58,421 bases of DNA, filler included, from Sphacelaria rigidula (GCA_964200075.2; 9 parts of 9 records of this genome joined end to end with filler, not necessarily neighbours in it), one strand, 5' to 3'. Counted from the first letter of the whole stretch, positions 37,185 through 50,247 are shown. The notes: a model not told the origin generated them from the letters alone. Made by a program: numbers and translations.

Positions 37185-38715
37185 TTGGGGGGAGGGGGTA
37201 CTTTTTGCTTGCCTCAGTCGTTTGACCATTGACCACGCATTCCTTTCGAGGCGGAGCACCGTTGCTACTCTTAACAGAGACACCCCCAACATTTCGGCGC
37301 TCATCACGTTTCTTTCATACATCACACAAAACCTTTTACATATCTTATCCCCGTCCTGTTTCGCCTTCTCTGGCCACCATCTACCTCCTAGTATTGCCAT
37401 CGTTTCTTCGCTACAGTCTAATGCATCAAACGACTTCAAACTATCTTCGTTCACGTCCGGCATTCCCCCTCTAGCACGTCCCGTTTCTCCTTGTATACTT
37501 CACATTCTGCCACTATATGACGTCAGCTCTCTATTGCTTTGCCACAGGGGCAGTTCTATCCATCTACTTCCTCCTCGACTCGACGACTGCTGTATCTCCT
37601 TTCTGGCAGGTTCAGGTCCCTCACCCGAAATCGCAGTTTCAGGTTTTTCGCTGCGTCCATTGGGCCATGCAAATATGCTTTCATCCCTATGCCCTCTCTC
37701 AAACCTCCGTATGTCTCCAGGTGTTCTTCCTCGTCTACTTGGCATCTGAGCGCTCCCTTTCGCATTATTTCTATCATGTCTCTTACTTTTGTCTTGTCCC
37801 CCGAGCCTTCATCTATGGACAGTATTTCGCCTTGGTTTCGTCCTATCTCCTTCCATACTTCGTCGACTTCTCCATCCCACCTTATTCCAGCCAACTCTTT
37901 CGTAGTTTTCTCTCACACAGCGTTATCAACCATAGCTAGTAATCTCTTTCTCTGCGTGTTCTGTACGCTATATTGCCATCGCAATTGCCTCATGTCTCGA
38001 TCAATTTTAAGTGAGTACATTCCCTGCTCTCAAAACTGTATTACTCGACGTTTTCGAGCATCCAAGTATCTTCTTAGCTGCTGCCATCTGTACTGTTTCC
38101 AACCTCTCCACCAACTTCACGTTCTCCTCCCATACTTCTCCTGCATTCCAGCTTTGGTACGATCACGTTCATCAGGATACATGTCTTCATCCTAATGTCT
38201 AGGTGCGAATCTCTGAGGATCACGTCCAACCTGCCTATCTATGCCTCACCCTTTTCTATTACTTTATTTATGTGTGCATCCCAAGCACAGCTTCTTGGGA
38301 TCTCTACGCCAAGGTATGTATACTGGTCTACGATCGGCAACTCTCCTTCTCCCCACTTCCACGTGAACTCTACCCGATTTTCCTTATCTTCGTCACAGAC
38401 GAGTACCGCGCATTTGTTGACGTTCGCTGCCACTCTCCATTTCGTCATGTATTCTAGCGCCTTGTCTAGCTGTGTCTGCAATCGTTCTGCTGTCCCTGAA
38501 CTCCCCACAAAATCATCCGCGAACATCAATCCTGATATCATATCTTTACCCACCTTCACCCACTGCTTTGCTGCTTCAACTGTTATTATCAGGTCATTCA
38601 TGAAGACGTTGAATAGAGAGGGTGATAACGTGCATCCGTATGCATCTCCTTGTAAAGTATCCACATATTTCGATATTCCCCCGTCTAGCATCATAGCACT
38701 TTTTGCCACGTCTGT
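37185..38715 (-). mobile_element. 5'-truncated, inactivated non-LTR (LINE) retrotransposon: RT core and C-terminal region
   Basis: QGDAYGCTLSPSLFNVFMNDL, GLMFADDFV, NVNKCAVL and YTYLGV are canonical non-LTR RT motifs. The reading continues through stops and frameshifts in ORFs 37556-37894 and 37140-37463. Confidence 0.93.
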
Positions 38716-38915
38716 GGGGGTGTACTCATGATCATGCATGCCGCAGTCATCAGACCATTGACCTTGCACCCCTACAAAGCCGCGACGGAGCATGCCGGGT
38801 TTTCGCCGGACCAGGCTCGCGATCACTCATCAAGCGCGAAGCGCCGTGGTGTGTTTCGCGAGCCGCATGAAGGGTGAGCTGCATCCCGCTAAGATTGGTT
38901 GGCCCGAAGCCTACT
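38716..38915 (+). mobile_element. End of the GGGGTGTACTCATGATCATG TIR element abutting or inserted in the LINE RT
   Basis: Sharp junction with the RT coding sequence; homologous to 28695-28898 and 6340-6403. Confidence 0.75.
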
Positions 38916-39015
38916 NNNNNNNNNNNNNNNNNNNNNNNNNNNNNNNNNNNNNNNNNNNNTTAATTAATTAANNNNNNNNNNNNNNNNNNNNNNNNNNNNN
39001 NNNNNNNNNNNNNNN

Positions 39016-39554
39016 TTCATTCATCACGAGTCAACGTATAATACTAAAACCAAGTAATTTCCTGACAAATCATTATTTGTCCTAACCGTGAAGTATTTCA
39101 CCAGTTTTTCATATATATTTTTTTGTGTGGGCGTGTAGGCAGAGTGATACAGCTTCTCCGTCCATAGAAAGGATCGCCCTCCCTCTTTTTTCTTGCACGT
39201 CTTCAAGTCTGCGGTGCTGGCGGGGTCGAAGTGCACCACGTCATCGCTTGGGGCAGACGCAGCCGCCCCCGCGGACGACTTGCTCATGAAATCTCCGGCT
39301 GCAGTGAGGTTGCTTTGTCAGTGCCGTGTGCTGTCTACTGCAGTGTGCTGTGTGCACTATACGCTGCTGTGTGTGCGCGTCTAGATAGTGCCCCACCCGG
39401 TGCGTTGTGGGGGTTTCGTGCATGCTTTTAGGGGTTCCGTGGTGATTTATCGAATTATCGTATCGTATCGGAATCCAGCAATCGGGACGATACTCGATAC
39501 GATGCGATATTTCGATCCGATATATCGGAAATTTCGATACGATATCCAACACTA
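39016..39554 (-). mobile_element. Probable hAT transposon left end: TAGTGTTGG terminus, CGATA-type subterminal repeats and the start of a transposase-like ORF (39024-39287)
   Basis: The minus strand begins TAGTGTTGGATATCGTATCG with many CGATA/TATCG motifs at 39440-39550. The ORF contains KKKEGGRSFLW, reminiscent of a BED-finger start. Confidence 0.5.
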
Positions 39555-42500
39555 ACCAAGACCATAGCAAGACGGTCGGGCCCCAAAACAACTTCGCCTA
39601 CCAGTGTTATTCCTTTTCCATGATATGGAGGCGGTGTGTGTGGGAGGATATGTGCCTTTTAGCTACTGTCATATTCCGCAGTTTGAATTGTCTGAGACAA
39701 AGAGTGGGGATCATCACCGGAAGAGGGGTGGGCACTTCCTGCATCAAGAGCTCGCTTCACGGGCGGTGTGCGGAAGTGGAAAAAGCACCATCACGCACTA
39801 GATCCGTCACAGCACACATCGTGAGCTATTGCTACTGAAACGAGGTTCCGTCCCGGTGGTACACGACAAAGTTGTGCAGCGTTCTCTACATACCGGCCCA
39901 CCCCGCGCACACGGATTTCAAATCACATTTGTATATTTGTATCATACTGCTTGCTGTCTGTGTGTACCAAAGGGTGGTACGTGGTGTACCACCCCTCGCT
40001 CCGCCAAGTCTTGTACAGCGGTTGGTGTTGGAGGTGAGCGTGCATTTGCCCCAGGTGGCGCACGCAGGAGTAAAAGGCCGCCTCTGCCGCTATAATGCCT
40101 GCCTGTTTAGCGGAGCTGTACGGTAACACAGTCGATATGGCGCGCAAGCCAGCTGTAACACTTCATACCGTGAGGATTTATACTCTGTCTTGAAGTCATA
40201 ATGCGCGCAGTTGGCACTTTGAGTATCTCCCACGTTGCAGCACGCAATATTTTCTATATTTTGCAGAGGACATCGTTTTAAATTGTATACTGACTGTAGA
40301 AAGTTCTTATCCAGGGTGTATTGCAATACATTTCCACATATATTAGACGGTGATATCGTGAAATACTCCACCGCACATGGCCGAAGTGGAAGTGAGGCAA
40401 TCACCGAAATATTCGCGTGCAAAGCGTGTGCTGAGAATATTTAAGTTGATGAGGCTAGAAGAATACCAGTGCAACGTCCGTCCCGGTAGCGGTGGGACTG
40501 CCTGCACCGGGATGTCGCCCCCAATACCAGGTACGCCGGCAAGGGCCCGCCGCGCAACCCACTGGTCGCGCGACAGGAGCTTAACCTTCGACTGTCGACC
40601 GTTTCGGAGCGGAAACGTCGACCTCCCAACCCTCATATGTATAGCGGACCATGAACGATGCTTGTTTGCTGGGTTTCTTCGAGCGTTCATCCATGACTGA
40701 GCGAAGATTGATGATGAGGCCAGCAGGATCCGTTGCAGTCAGCGTGCTCAACTGTCAACTGTACCCACTATGATCGTCATCAGAAAACAGGGTGGTAAAG
40801 AAAAAAGACCGACGCACCATGGATATCCACAGTTCCGATGCAGACCGGGCCATCAGCGACTTCTTGCTGCAGCTATGACTGTGACACTTTCCTCTGATAC
40901 TAATCTACACATTCTCCAAGTTTCGGCGTCATCTGACGCGAGGTGTGGATTCTCTCCACGGCTAAGGTGCCAAAAAACCGCCTCCATAATATGGAAAAGA
41001 AGTACACTGCTACGTTTTTTTCTGACCAATATGATCGCAGCAGCCTAACATGGTCAAGCAGCCGAGTTGGGAGTTTGTTGCAGTGTAGAGTAACGCGCGC
41101 GCGTGCTTGTGTATGTTTTTGCTTTTTTCTTGGAGGAGGAAGCCTAACCCAACACTTACCCCGTAAGCGGGTTCGTGTGCCGATTACCCGGAGGCTCGGC
41201 TAGACTTCCTCGCGGCAGTCATGTGGGGTAGGCGCCGCGAGCGTTCGCAAGCTTTGCTCAATGGGTCATCGAGGTCTACTGTCCATTTTCAAGTCAAAAT
41301 GGTTCCGATTCAACGGATTATCCACCCTGGGCGGTCCACAGCCCACACAAACAATTGAACAGAAGAGCAAGCACCACACTACAGCTCCCGTACAATCCTC
41401 ACTTCTTCGGGATTCGGTAGTTCTACGCTACGTGCCCTGCTGGTACACCAGCATTACCCATGCCATGCAGCGTGGTGTAAGATTGGTAAATTGACCTACG
41501 CTCACGTTTAGCCGGAGATAGATGTAGGTCAGGACGATGATCGGAGGAGCGCCAGCTGTTTGTGATTGTGTGCACAAAGCTGCGGTATATTATCATCATT
41601 GAAGTGTTTTTCAGGTCTCTCAAGCATATAGGTCTTGTTGTGGGCACAAACCTGTTTGCAAAGTCAGGACCAAGAAGACCCATCAACATGCTGCCGGAGC
41701 CCTTCACCTGAAACACGTGTCCTTAAGCCTGCCCCCGGTTCGAGGACACCCGATCCCGGACGAAGCAGATCTCAATGGCCACGACAGGGAATCTCGCGCG
41801 GCGTATGGCAGGGTGCTCTCCGTGAGCTGATCTTATCTCGGTGTAGTGCGCATGTCTTACATCCATCGAAGAAATACTGGTGATATTCAAGGCATGTTCA
41901 GAAGCTAACTGCGCCTCATGCGTAGCCTCGATACTGTGCACTGTAGGACTACACTATGATACTGTGCCGTAGAAGCGATTGCGCTGTGCTTTTTGGGGTA
42001 TCATGATCAATAATTTTCGGCGGTTAGGGTCCCGTAACGACACGTGAAGATGAGACGCTAAGTATAAGGATTGGGTGGAGGGCCTACATCACGAAAATGT
42101 CGTGAAAAACGTGGGAAAACTTCAAGATTCAACCCCTTCGTTTGGAACAGGCCTGTCGTTGGTTTCTTCCCACAATTTTCAAACTTGCAATGTTAGGCTG
42201 CAGATGTCATTTTTTCAACGACGGGATGGATCTGTACGAGCGTGTGACGATCGACTGATTCGCGCGCGTTGCTCTGCTACAGGTACGAAGCGCGGTGCGG
42301 CGCTTGTGTGCGTTCTGCTATGTTGTCAAGAGGAAGAATAGGGTGTACATCCGCTGGTGAGGCTCCGGTCCGGTTGTGGAAGGGTAGATACTGATGATGA
42401 TGGCGTGCTGGTGTGCAGGGCTGAACATGGGTGCGCCACTGCCTCTAGTGGTTCACCTTACCGATTTCGTCCGATTCTTGTTGTGCACCTTTGGCAGCAA

Positions 42501-43185
42501 AAAAGTCAAGAAACACAAGCAACGACAGGGATTCCACACCGATGCGGGGATCGGAGCGGGAGCGGAGTCAGGAGCAGAAGCAAGGGTTAGTACAACCATG
42601 ACGGCCATGCCGCAACTTGAAGCGCCACCAGGAGCTCCGCACTTCGGTGGTGATTTGATTGGGAGATTGACTTGGGGTGAGTGTTGCATTCCCTTCAACC
42701 ATCGCTCGCCGCATCCTCCGGCCGCCCATGCGAACTGTTTCGGGATTTTTCCGGCGTCAGCCCGGTGATTGCTCGAAGAATGATATTTATGCAGGCGTAA
42801 ATACACGGCAGCTGGTTTAAAGTTTTGACGCGAGAAGAAGTGTTTGGTCAATGGGTGTGCAATAGCCTTGTGTCATGGTTGAGGGGGCGCGCGTACTTTT
42901 CACTCTCTTTCTCCATCAATCTGCTGTATGTAGTCAAGTTTTCGCACGCACATTACTGTGTGTACTGCAGGCGCGACCACCGCTACTGTTGACTTGCACT
43001 GAGCCGGTCAGTGTGCTGCTGACCTCGGCTTATCCACGAAGACTGAAAACACGCGACTATGGTTGGCAACGGCCGTGGTTATACACGTGCTCCATCTCCA
43101 CCCACAAACATCCCGAACCCCGCAGAAAGCCCATCCAACTGACGTACAATTAGCGCCGTGTTGTGTATTGGGCAAATGACGAGCT

Positions 43186-44180
43186 TTAGCCGGAATATTG
43201 TAGATCGTCCCCACTTACGGTAGTGGGTATCGCTGCGACTCTACCTTCTACCCGTTCGCGATCGTACCTCTTATGATGACCGCCCCTCGACGAGGACCGC
43301 CGACCCCTGCTACCCCGAGAGCAAGATTCCTCCGACCAACCGCCGGAGCTCCCTCCCTCCGAGTATCCAAAGTGAACATTACGCCCCACCGACAGAAAAC
43401 CTTGTGGACCCGTCTGGGTGAGACTCACGTCTCGCACGGATCGTTGAAAGTTGTAATATTCCACCAAATTGACCTCTGGGGGACAGGTCCGCTGTAGGAC
43501 CCTGAAGTCCTCCAGAGTGAAGTTTTGTAATCCCTGCGGAGGGTTTGGATTGTGGTGCGGTAGCACCGGGGCCATCTGAACCGCAGGCCTACGGGGACCG
43601 TGGGGCCCTCTGATGCCGCCGCCCGGGGTTGAATTATTGGTGCCTCCCGTAACCCCGTCTGGGTTGGGCCGCGGGCCCTGCTCCCCATCTCCCCGGGTGT
43701 CATCCCTTCCAGTAGGATGTTCGCTTGTGCGACCACCGCCGCCCAAACCTCCTCACGGTTGCGGCGTGCCTCATGTACCACCTCCGCTTCCCGGCATTCA
43801 GATTAAAGGTCTGCCTGTTCCCCCTGACGAGAGGTCAACCTCTGCATTGCCTCTTGCACTCCGGTGGTGTCTATCGAGGTCCTCGCGGCCTGGATACTAG
43901 AAAGTTTATTCTTAGCTTCCCCGAACTTTACGCTACTCTGCCGCAGCAGCCCTCGTGCTTGCCCCTGTGGAGCGTCAGTGACATGCGGGGAAACATGAGA
44001 TTCGTTAAACTCCATGTCCGGGTGGGCGGAGAAGGTAGTTACAGCTTGGGCGTAAGATTTCCCTTGCCTTCCTACTACTGTCCAAGCGGTCTGACTATTA
44101 TTTTCTGCCTTACTAATCGATGGTTCCTTTACAGCACGTCCTGACAACCTTTTGGCTAGAGCCTCATCTTTTTTCAATCG
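43186..44180 (-). pseudogene. Disrupted orphan coding sequence of about 330 codons (coiled-coil-like segment, then G/R/P-rich)
   Basis: Three consecutive minus-strand ORFs (43803-44177, 43425-43781, 43186-43746) with protein-like composition, separated by a stop and frameshifts. No family recognised. Confidence 0.35.
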
Positions 44181-44519
44181 TACTGCTGCATGTTAGCGTT
44201 TACGTGCCGCCGCGCGAATTTCCGCTTGGTATAGTACCAGAGCGAGGGCTCCATCGCTATCCCATCCGTATCCGAACCTGTGGGCGAAGTGAGTTCCTCT
44301 TAAGAGGAGACCAAACGCACTTGGAGTAGCGCGACATCCATATATCCACGTTCACTACCTCTGCTTCTGAAGCGCGGATGAATTTGTCCGCCTTACTTTC
44401 TACATCTGTGACCGTGGGTCCTGTCTGAACCGACAGGATGGGAGTATACACACCCCCAGGTGCCGCTACAGTAGTGCACGGTCGACGATCATCATTTGCA
44501 TCGATACGTAACACAAGGG

Positions 44520-44890
44520 CACTTCACCTGCTTAATCGGCATCAATTTCATTGAAAAAAAGTATGTGTGATCCAGATGCAGCAGGCCTAAAAATATGCAT
44601 CGCATCTCCACAGTACCAACCATTGTTTACGTCTATTTCCTTAGGTCCCCTCTCCAGATAGACTACCCGCATCGCGGTCTAAGGGTTAACCATTTGACGG
44701 CGAGAGTAGGTCATCTGTAGAATCGGTACCGATTTCACTTGGACTTCTGTACCCGCATCGCGGTCTAAGGGTTAACCTTGGAACGCGAGGGCAGTCCATC
44801 TGGGTTATGCATATTTTTTCCACGTGAAACTGATGTCGATTCAACAGATGACCTACTCTCGCTGTCTAAGGATTAACCCTTTTGGGACCA
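44520..44890. mobile_element. Chain of piggyBac-type mini-elements joined at single TTAA sites (44686, 44772, 44873)
   Basis: ...GTCTAAGGG-TTAA-CCATTTGACGGCGAG...GTCTAAGGG-TTAA-CCTTGGAACGCGAG...CTCGCTGTCTAAGGA-TTAA-CCC. Confidence 0.75.
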
Positions 44891-46717
44891 GGGCCCTGAA
44901 AAGATCAATGGAGCTGGTTGATGATGACTTTTCTGGCGTCTGCACGAAAGAGTGGCTTCATGTTGCTGAAATCCGCGCATTTATCCGCAGGCTTTTGAGG
45001 GTACATTGCTCTGCTTTGCATCGCGCTTCAAATAATCTTTTTTCTTTTCCTTTGATATGATGGGAAAGGAGCATAATGAGAAATCATGCGCCGTTCTAAT
45101 CTAGAAAGCTAGGGGGAAAAATAGGTGATACCGAGACGGTAAAACAGCACGCGAACAGACTAGCGACTTCAAGCGGGGCGGCAGTCACGCGCAAGGGGGT
45201 ATGGGTGTTGTCGCAGGTCGAAACGCGGACTGCCTTCCGCACGAGAAAAAAAACCAATACAGGGGGAAATAATTGGTACGTAGTGTTGTATTCGTACTGA
45301 AAATGCTGTGTGGGTATTATTATTTATTATTATTATTATCAATTATTATCAATATTATTAATGACCAAAATGATCCCCCGCTCCAATACTGGGATCGAGT
45401 AATCGTGTGATCCTTCTNNNNNNNNNNNNNNNNNNNNNNNNNNNNNNNNNNNNNNNNNNNNTTAATTAATTAANNNNNNNNNNNNNNNNNNNNNNNNNNN
45501 NNNNNNNNNNNNNNNNNCTCAAAGAGGTGGCACAGCGTCGACACACATCGCCACGAGAACCGACGGATAGACATTCACCACTCACGCGCATTAGCTCAAG
45601 CGCTAGCTCTTCATTATCTTCACACGAAAACCTTTGTTTGAAGGAAATCCGTCCAGTATCAGATGAAAGGCGGCCGAGTGCGTGTCAAATAGCAACCGAA
45701 AACGTGCTGTTGCTGACTGTTTTTGAGCGTGTGCTGTGCGCGCGTACGCAAATCAACATTTCTCACTGGATTCTGAACCGTTGTGAGCAAGGTCACGCAC
45801 AGCGTGCTCAGCTGATGAGCAGCAATGAATGGAGTGGTGTGTTTTGGTTTGGGAGGCAATGCGATCCTCAGGTTCACGTGTGATTGTCTTGACTTGTCTG
45901 TCAAGACTTCGGTTATGCCCCTGGCAACGGGATGTTTTATGTTCCCGTTCGAGGTGGCACACAATCACTTTTACGAAAGTGATTTCAGGAAATATTTTTT
46001 CACTTCCTGAAATCACTTCTGCAAAAGTGATTTTTGGAACTTTTCGGGGGTGGGGGTGGGGGTGGGGGTGGTATCGCAGCAACCAATCATCGGTCGTTGT
46101 TCACAAAAATGATATCCCGTCTAAGACATGCCCTCACTATCACTTCTGATAAGACCCCGCCTAAGACACGCCCTCACAGACAAGTTTTCTCGGGGCGTCC
46201 CACGAGAAATGATGCTCTGAGAAGTCTGCCCGAATCGACTAGAACGACTTTCCCCGACGTTTTCCTTCGAATTTAGCACAAGAATCCGCCTACATTTCTT
46301 TCTCATGGGCGCCTAAAATCGTTCTACATGAAAAATGTGCTCCCCTATAATAATAGATACTTCCTAGTAGATTCCATACCCTTGACAACAGATTACACTG
46401 TCAAGAAGTGTTCAGCGGACAATAGTATCGACTATTGAGTCTATCGCAATCGCAATAGACAACATATCCCATTCTGTACGCAGTACACTTTTTGACAACG
46501 TCATCTTGCGTCCACAGAATGGCAGATTCAAGATATGAAGAACAGAAATACGCACGAACAAAAGCCTGTGTGGGAAAAACTTGTGCGGGAAGAGCCCAAC
46601 CCAATCCACAGCCAGCGTTCCCGCACACGCAGTGCGTCATGCGACACACATCTTACAGCCTACACCAGCGCATCAGGGTGTGCTGCCAGCTGCGAGACTA
46701 GGTCCAGTGAGTAAAGT

Positions 46718-46718
<1 letters not shown>

Positions 46719-46778
<60 letters not shown>
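46719..46778. repeat. (CA)n microsatellite, about 30 units
   Basis: Read directly from the sequence. Confidence 0.98.
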
Positions 46779-46779
<1 letters not shown>

Positions 46780-49187
46780 CTAGCGGTGCGTACCCCCTGC
46801 GGGCAAATGATAGCACTTATACTGCACCCCTTGAAGGTGATTCCTCTCGGAGAGCAAAGTACGCTAAACGGCTGCCAGACCTCGTTTGATGAGGATAGGG
46901 TCATCGAGCACCTTCTAAGCAACGCAGGTTGTGGTATCACGCAATACTTGAACAACGAAGGGCCTAGAGAGAGAAATACGTGTTGAAGGAAAAATGGCCA
47001 CGTGTGTCTCGGGGGTGTATGCAACTGCTCAGTCTGTGGTGTCCTGTAGTGTTGCAGCGACGGTTCAACCACGGGAGAGGCCTGGCTGCACGACACTTTG
47101 GTCCCCTCTGATCTATGCCGAGCAAAAATCAACACCTCACATGATATCACAACACACGCCAGGTGAAGTCCAGTACACTACTGTGTGAGCTGACTTCACC
47201 AACTGCCGTGCTACGGTGCATATCGACAGTTCTGTGTAGTACCCTACAGCAGTGCACTCGAGTGCAGACAATGTTCAAAGTCCAACCGTTCTTTGACGGG
47301 GTATAACACCCTCCTTGCGAACGACTGTTCAATCACCTCGATGGTGGACTCAACAAACGGTGGCGGCCCACATCGCCGACTGCTTAATCGGGAGGAGTTC
47401 ACCATTTTTCTCGATGAACCAGCAAATCCAAGGCGTGGAGGGATTACTCCTCGAGGACATCAGAGTTGAAAAAGGTCCTCATGGCGGAGTATAAGTGCGA
47501 ACCAGATTGTACTGATGTAGTGCTTGTACGGTACTTAATTGCCAGATGTGGTATGTCCAACATTGTAATCATACAAGTCCCAGCTTCTAGTGAGCGCAAG
47601 CCATGTACGCCAACAGCAATAACAACAATAACGCGAAAGCACTGTGACGGGCAGTCCTCACTGTCGTATACTCACGTTTGTGTCACGCCTTCACCAAACT
47701 AAGCTGCGGTCGTAGCAGCGCCCCAGCAAGCTGTTTTCGCGGCTGGGGTCAGGTAATTCAAATGATCATTCGGTGATGTTCATGTGAAACCGTCAAAAAT
47801 ATAAAAACCGACCAAACCTCAAGAACAGAAATTACAAAATGCAAACTGTAAACTCGATGCATGAGATTATGAGATGTGAGAGGGGCAGGTTTGAAACGGT
47901 TCACGGTTTCATCCCAACAATGTGGTGAAGATAAAGAACAAAGAGTATGGCCGAAAAGATACACGAGGCCGTCGCGATGCAATATGGTGAGTATTTTTAA
48001 TCTAGTATCGTATGAAGACTGATTCGGGTGACACCATATAGTGTCCAAGAAGGGGGAAGATGTGGGGGGTGGTGGCCGCGACACGTTGAGGATCTTGTTT
48101 TTGACCGACGGGAACTGCTGAATATGGTTATTGTTTGGTAATCACAAAATACGTATTTCCACCGCGCCCAGGCTGCGCGATTAGCAGCCGTCAGGCTAAG
48201 CTCAACCCAGGCACAGACTTAACCGCGGTGATAACAGTACATCCGTATCGTTTATTTTTTCCATTGGGTATTGCATCGCGTATCTCTGTGTTCGAATTAT
48301 CAACTCCGAGTCAGCGGAGTGTCTGCACCGAGCCACTACTGTACTTGCCTGTAGGTAAGCTTGTCTGTTCCTACAGCATTGTGGAGCAAAATGGCGCAAG
48401 ACGAGATCCGCTGGGGGGCTTCTTCAGCCAGGATAAAACGACCTAGACATTTATTGGCACTGATGTTTCTTTCAGGTCTGCTGGTGTTGTGCTCAGGTAG
48501 ACGACCCAGGTGAGAGAGCGAGATGGAGCTTTATGTTTGCTACTGTGACGAAGTATAACACCCCCGTTACCATGAGTTTTTTGCCCTCCATGTTTTCGAA
48601 TACTTCCGGGTTGACGTCGCCGAAATTCTTGTCACTGGACCGTTAGTTCCGGGAGCATATACAAGCTGGTCCAGCCTAGAAGCGAATTTGTAGTTTGCAG
48701 GCTCCGCCTCACCTCAAGTTCTGATTTGAACCTTAAAATCTGGTATGGAGAATGAATACGAGTCGGGCCAGCTGAGACCATCTTGTATGGCAGTCACAAA
48801 AATAGATCTGTGCGCAGATCGGGGGACCTCAGATCCGGAAACGCCTTGTATGGACCCCAATTTAGCCCAAATCCGGGAAGCTCAGATTCGTGTGGCAAGA
48901 TTTGAGAACGGTTTTCCCCGAGGGAAAATCGAGGTCCCTCGAATCTGTAGGAAGTGACCGACGTACCTTGACGTAAAATGATGAGGCAACAGGCGTTTGA
49001 TATTTTTGCAACCGCAGTAGCAGGCAGTCTAGTCACAGCACAGGGCGTGCCTGCCAGCGCCAGCTACTGGAGCAGCTTCGCACGGGGTTTGACAAGCGGA
49101 TAAGATAGAGCTTGGAAATGGTACCAGTTATAAGTGGCCATTATCATAATAATCATAATATAATGGTAATGGTTACATGAAACATTT

Positions 49188-49456
49188 GTGTGTGTTGTCG
49201 TCCCATTTATTCTGAGCGCCAGTCTACCCCTTTCGGGATATGCGGTGCTTGCCTTCCTTTTTTCATCGTGAGAGGGGTTCAGCGGTCCCTTTCCCTCGTC
49301 GACCGTTAAGTCGAATTTTGTGTACCCACGACATAGTCGCTCTCCACTGTCGGGCATGGTGTAAGAAAAAATCCATGATCGCTCCGGAAATCGAACCCCA
49401 CAACTCAACCATCAAAAGGTTACGAGGTTACCAACTGAGCCATCGGGGCGACCGGC
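49188..49456 (-). mobile_element. tRNA-derived SINE with an intact Pol III head and an internal deletion
   Basis: Minus strand has A box TGGCTCAGTTGG and B box GGTTCGATTTCC. The body is homologous to 36512-36953 but lacks the GCACCAGCCGGGGTCACACAGGAG segment. Confidence 0.82.
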
Positions 49457-50204
49457 TTAGACATGAGGATAATGGTTTCAAGTCATTTTTTACCGTTACC
49501 GGCTTTTTAAGCCGTTACCGGCTACGCATCTTGGAAAAAAACTATATTCGACGTATTTTTTTAGCTCTAGTGAAGACAAATCGCGCAGAAACGTGCCTCC
49601 GGCACCGCGCCTGCAGCGGGGCCCTCCGGGGGTGCCTCCGGCGGGGTCCCCTCTGCCGCGGGGGGCTTTTGGCTCGCTGCTGCGCCGCTTGATGACCAAA
49701 CCATTATATACCATTTTACCCTCTTGGGACTGAACCCCAGTAACAACGATTTCACCATGTATTAGTAAAATAATAATGAACAAGTCTCGGGGCGACCTGC
49801 CCTATCACGGCGAGGCGAAATTTATCGACCACATCCGAACGGCCAGTGGAGGGGGGCTGTCGCCGGGGGTGATGTCACTCCAAAGTTGGTGTACCCTGTC
49901 CCTAGCCCACAAAAAAGCCTTCGAAGCAAAAGGAAGCCCAAGTGGTCGGGGCTCGGATTCCCGTTTTTTTTCATCTTTTACTTGTATTTTATATAGGTAC
50001 GACCTCCTATCCCCCCATTTTTTTGGATCACCATCCTATAGTAAAACCTAGTGGATAACAAAAGCACGTCGTGCTCAGGGGAAATTCGGGAATAAATGCA
50101 CCCTACAACATGTCTTGTACTGTAAGGAATAGCAGGGACGGTATCGGAGAGGCGAACCTACGTCTGTGACCACGGGTTCGCGAAATCGGACTTATGTGCG
50201 GAAA

Positions 50205-50247
<43 letters not shown>

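Noticed and set aside
37162..38731. Plus-strand ORFs of 140-218 aa
   Set aside because: They are antisense shadows of the minus-strand LINE.
49375..49456. tRNA gene
   Set aside because: It has A/B boxes but no convincing cloverleaf and is fused to a repeated body, so it is better explained as a SINE head.
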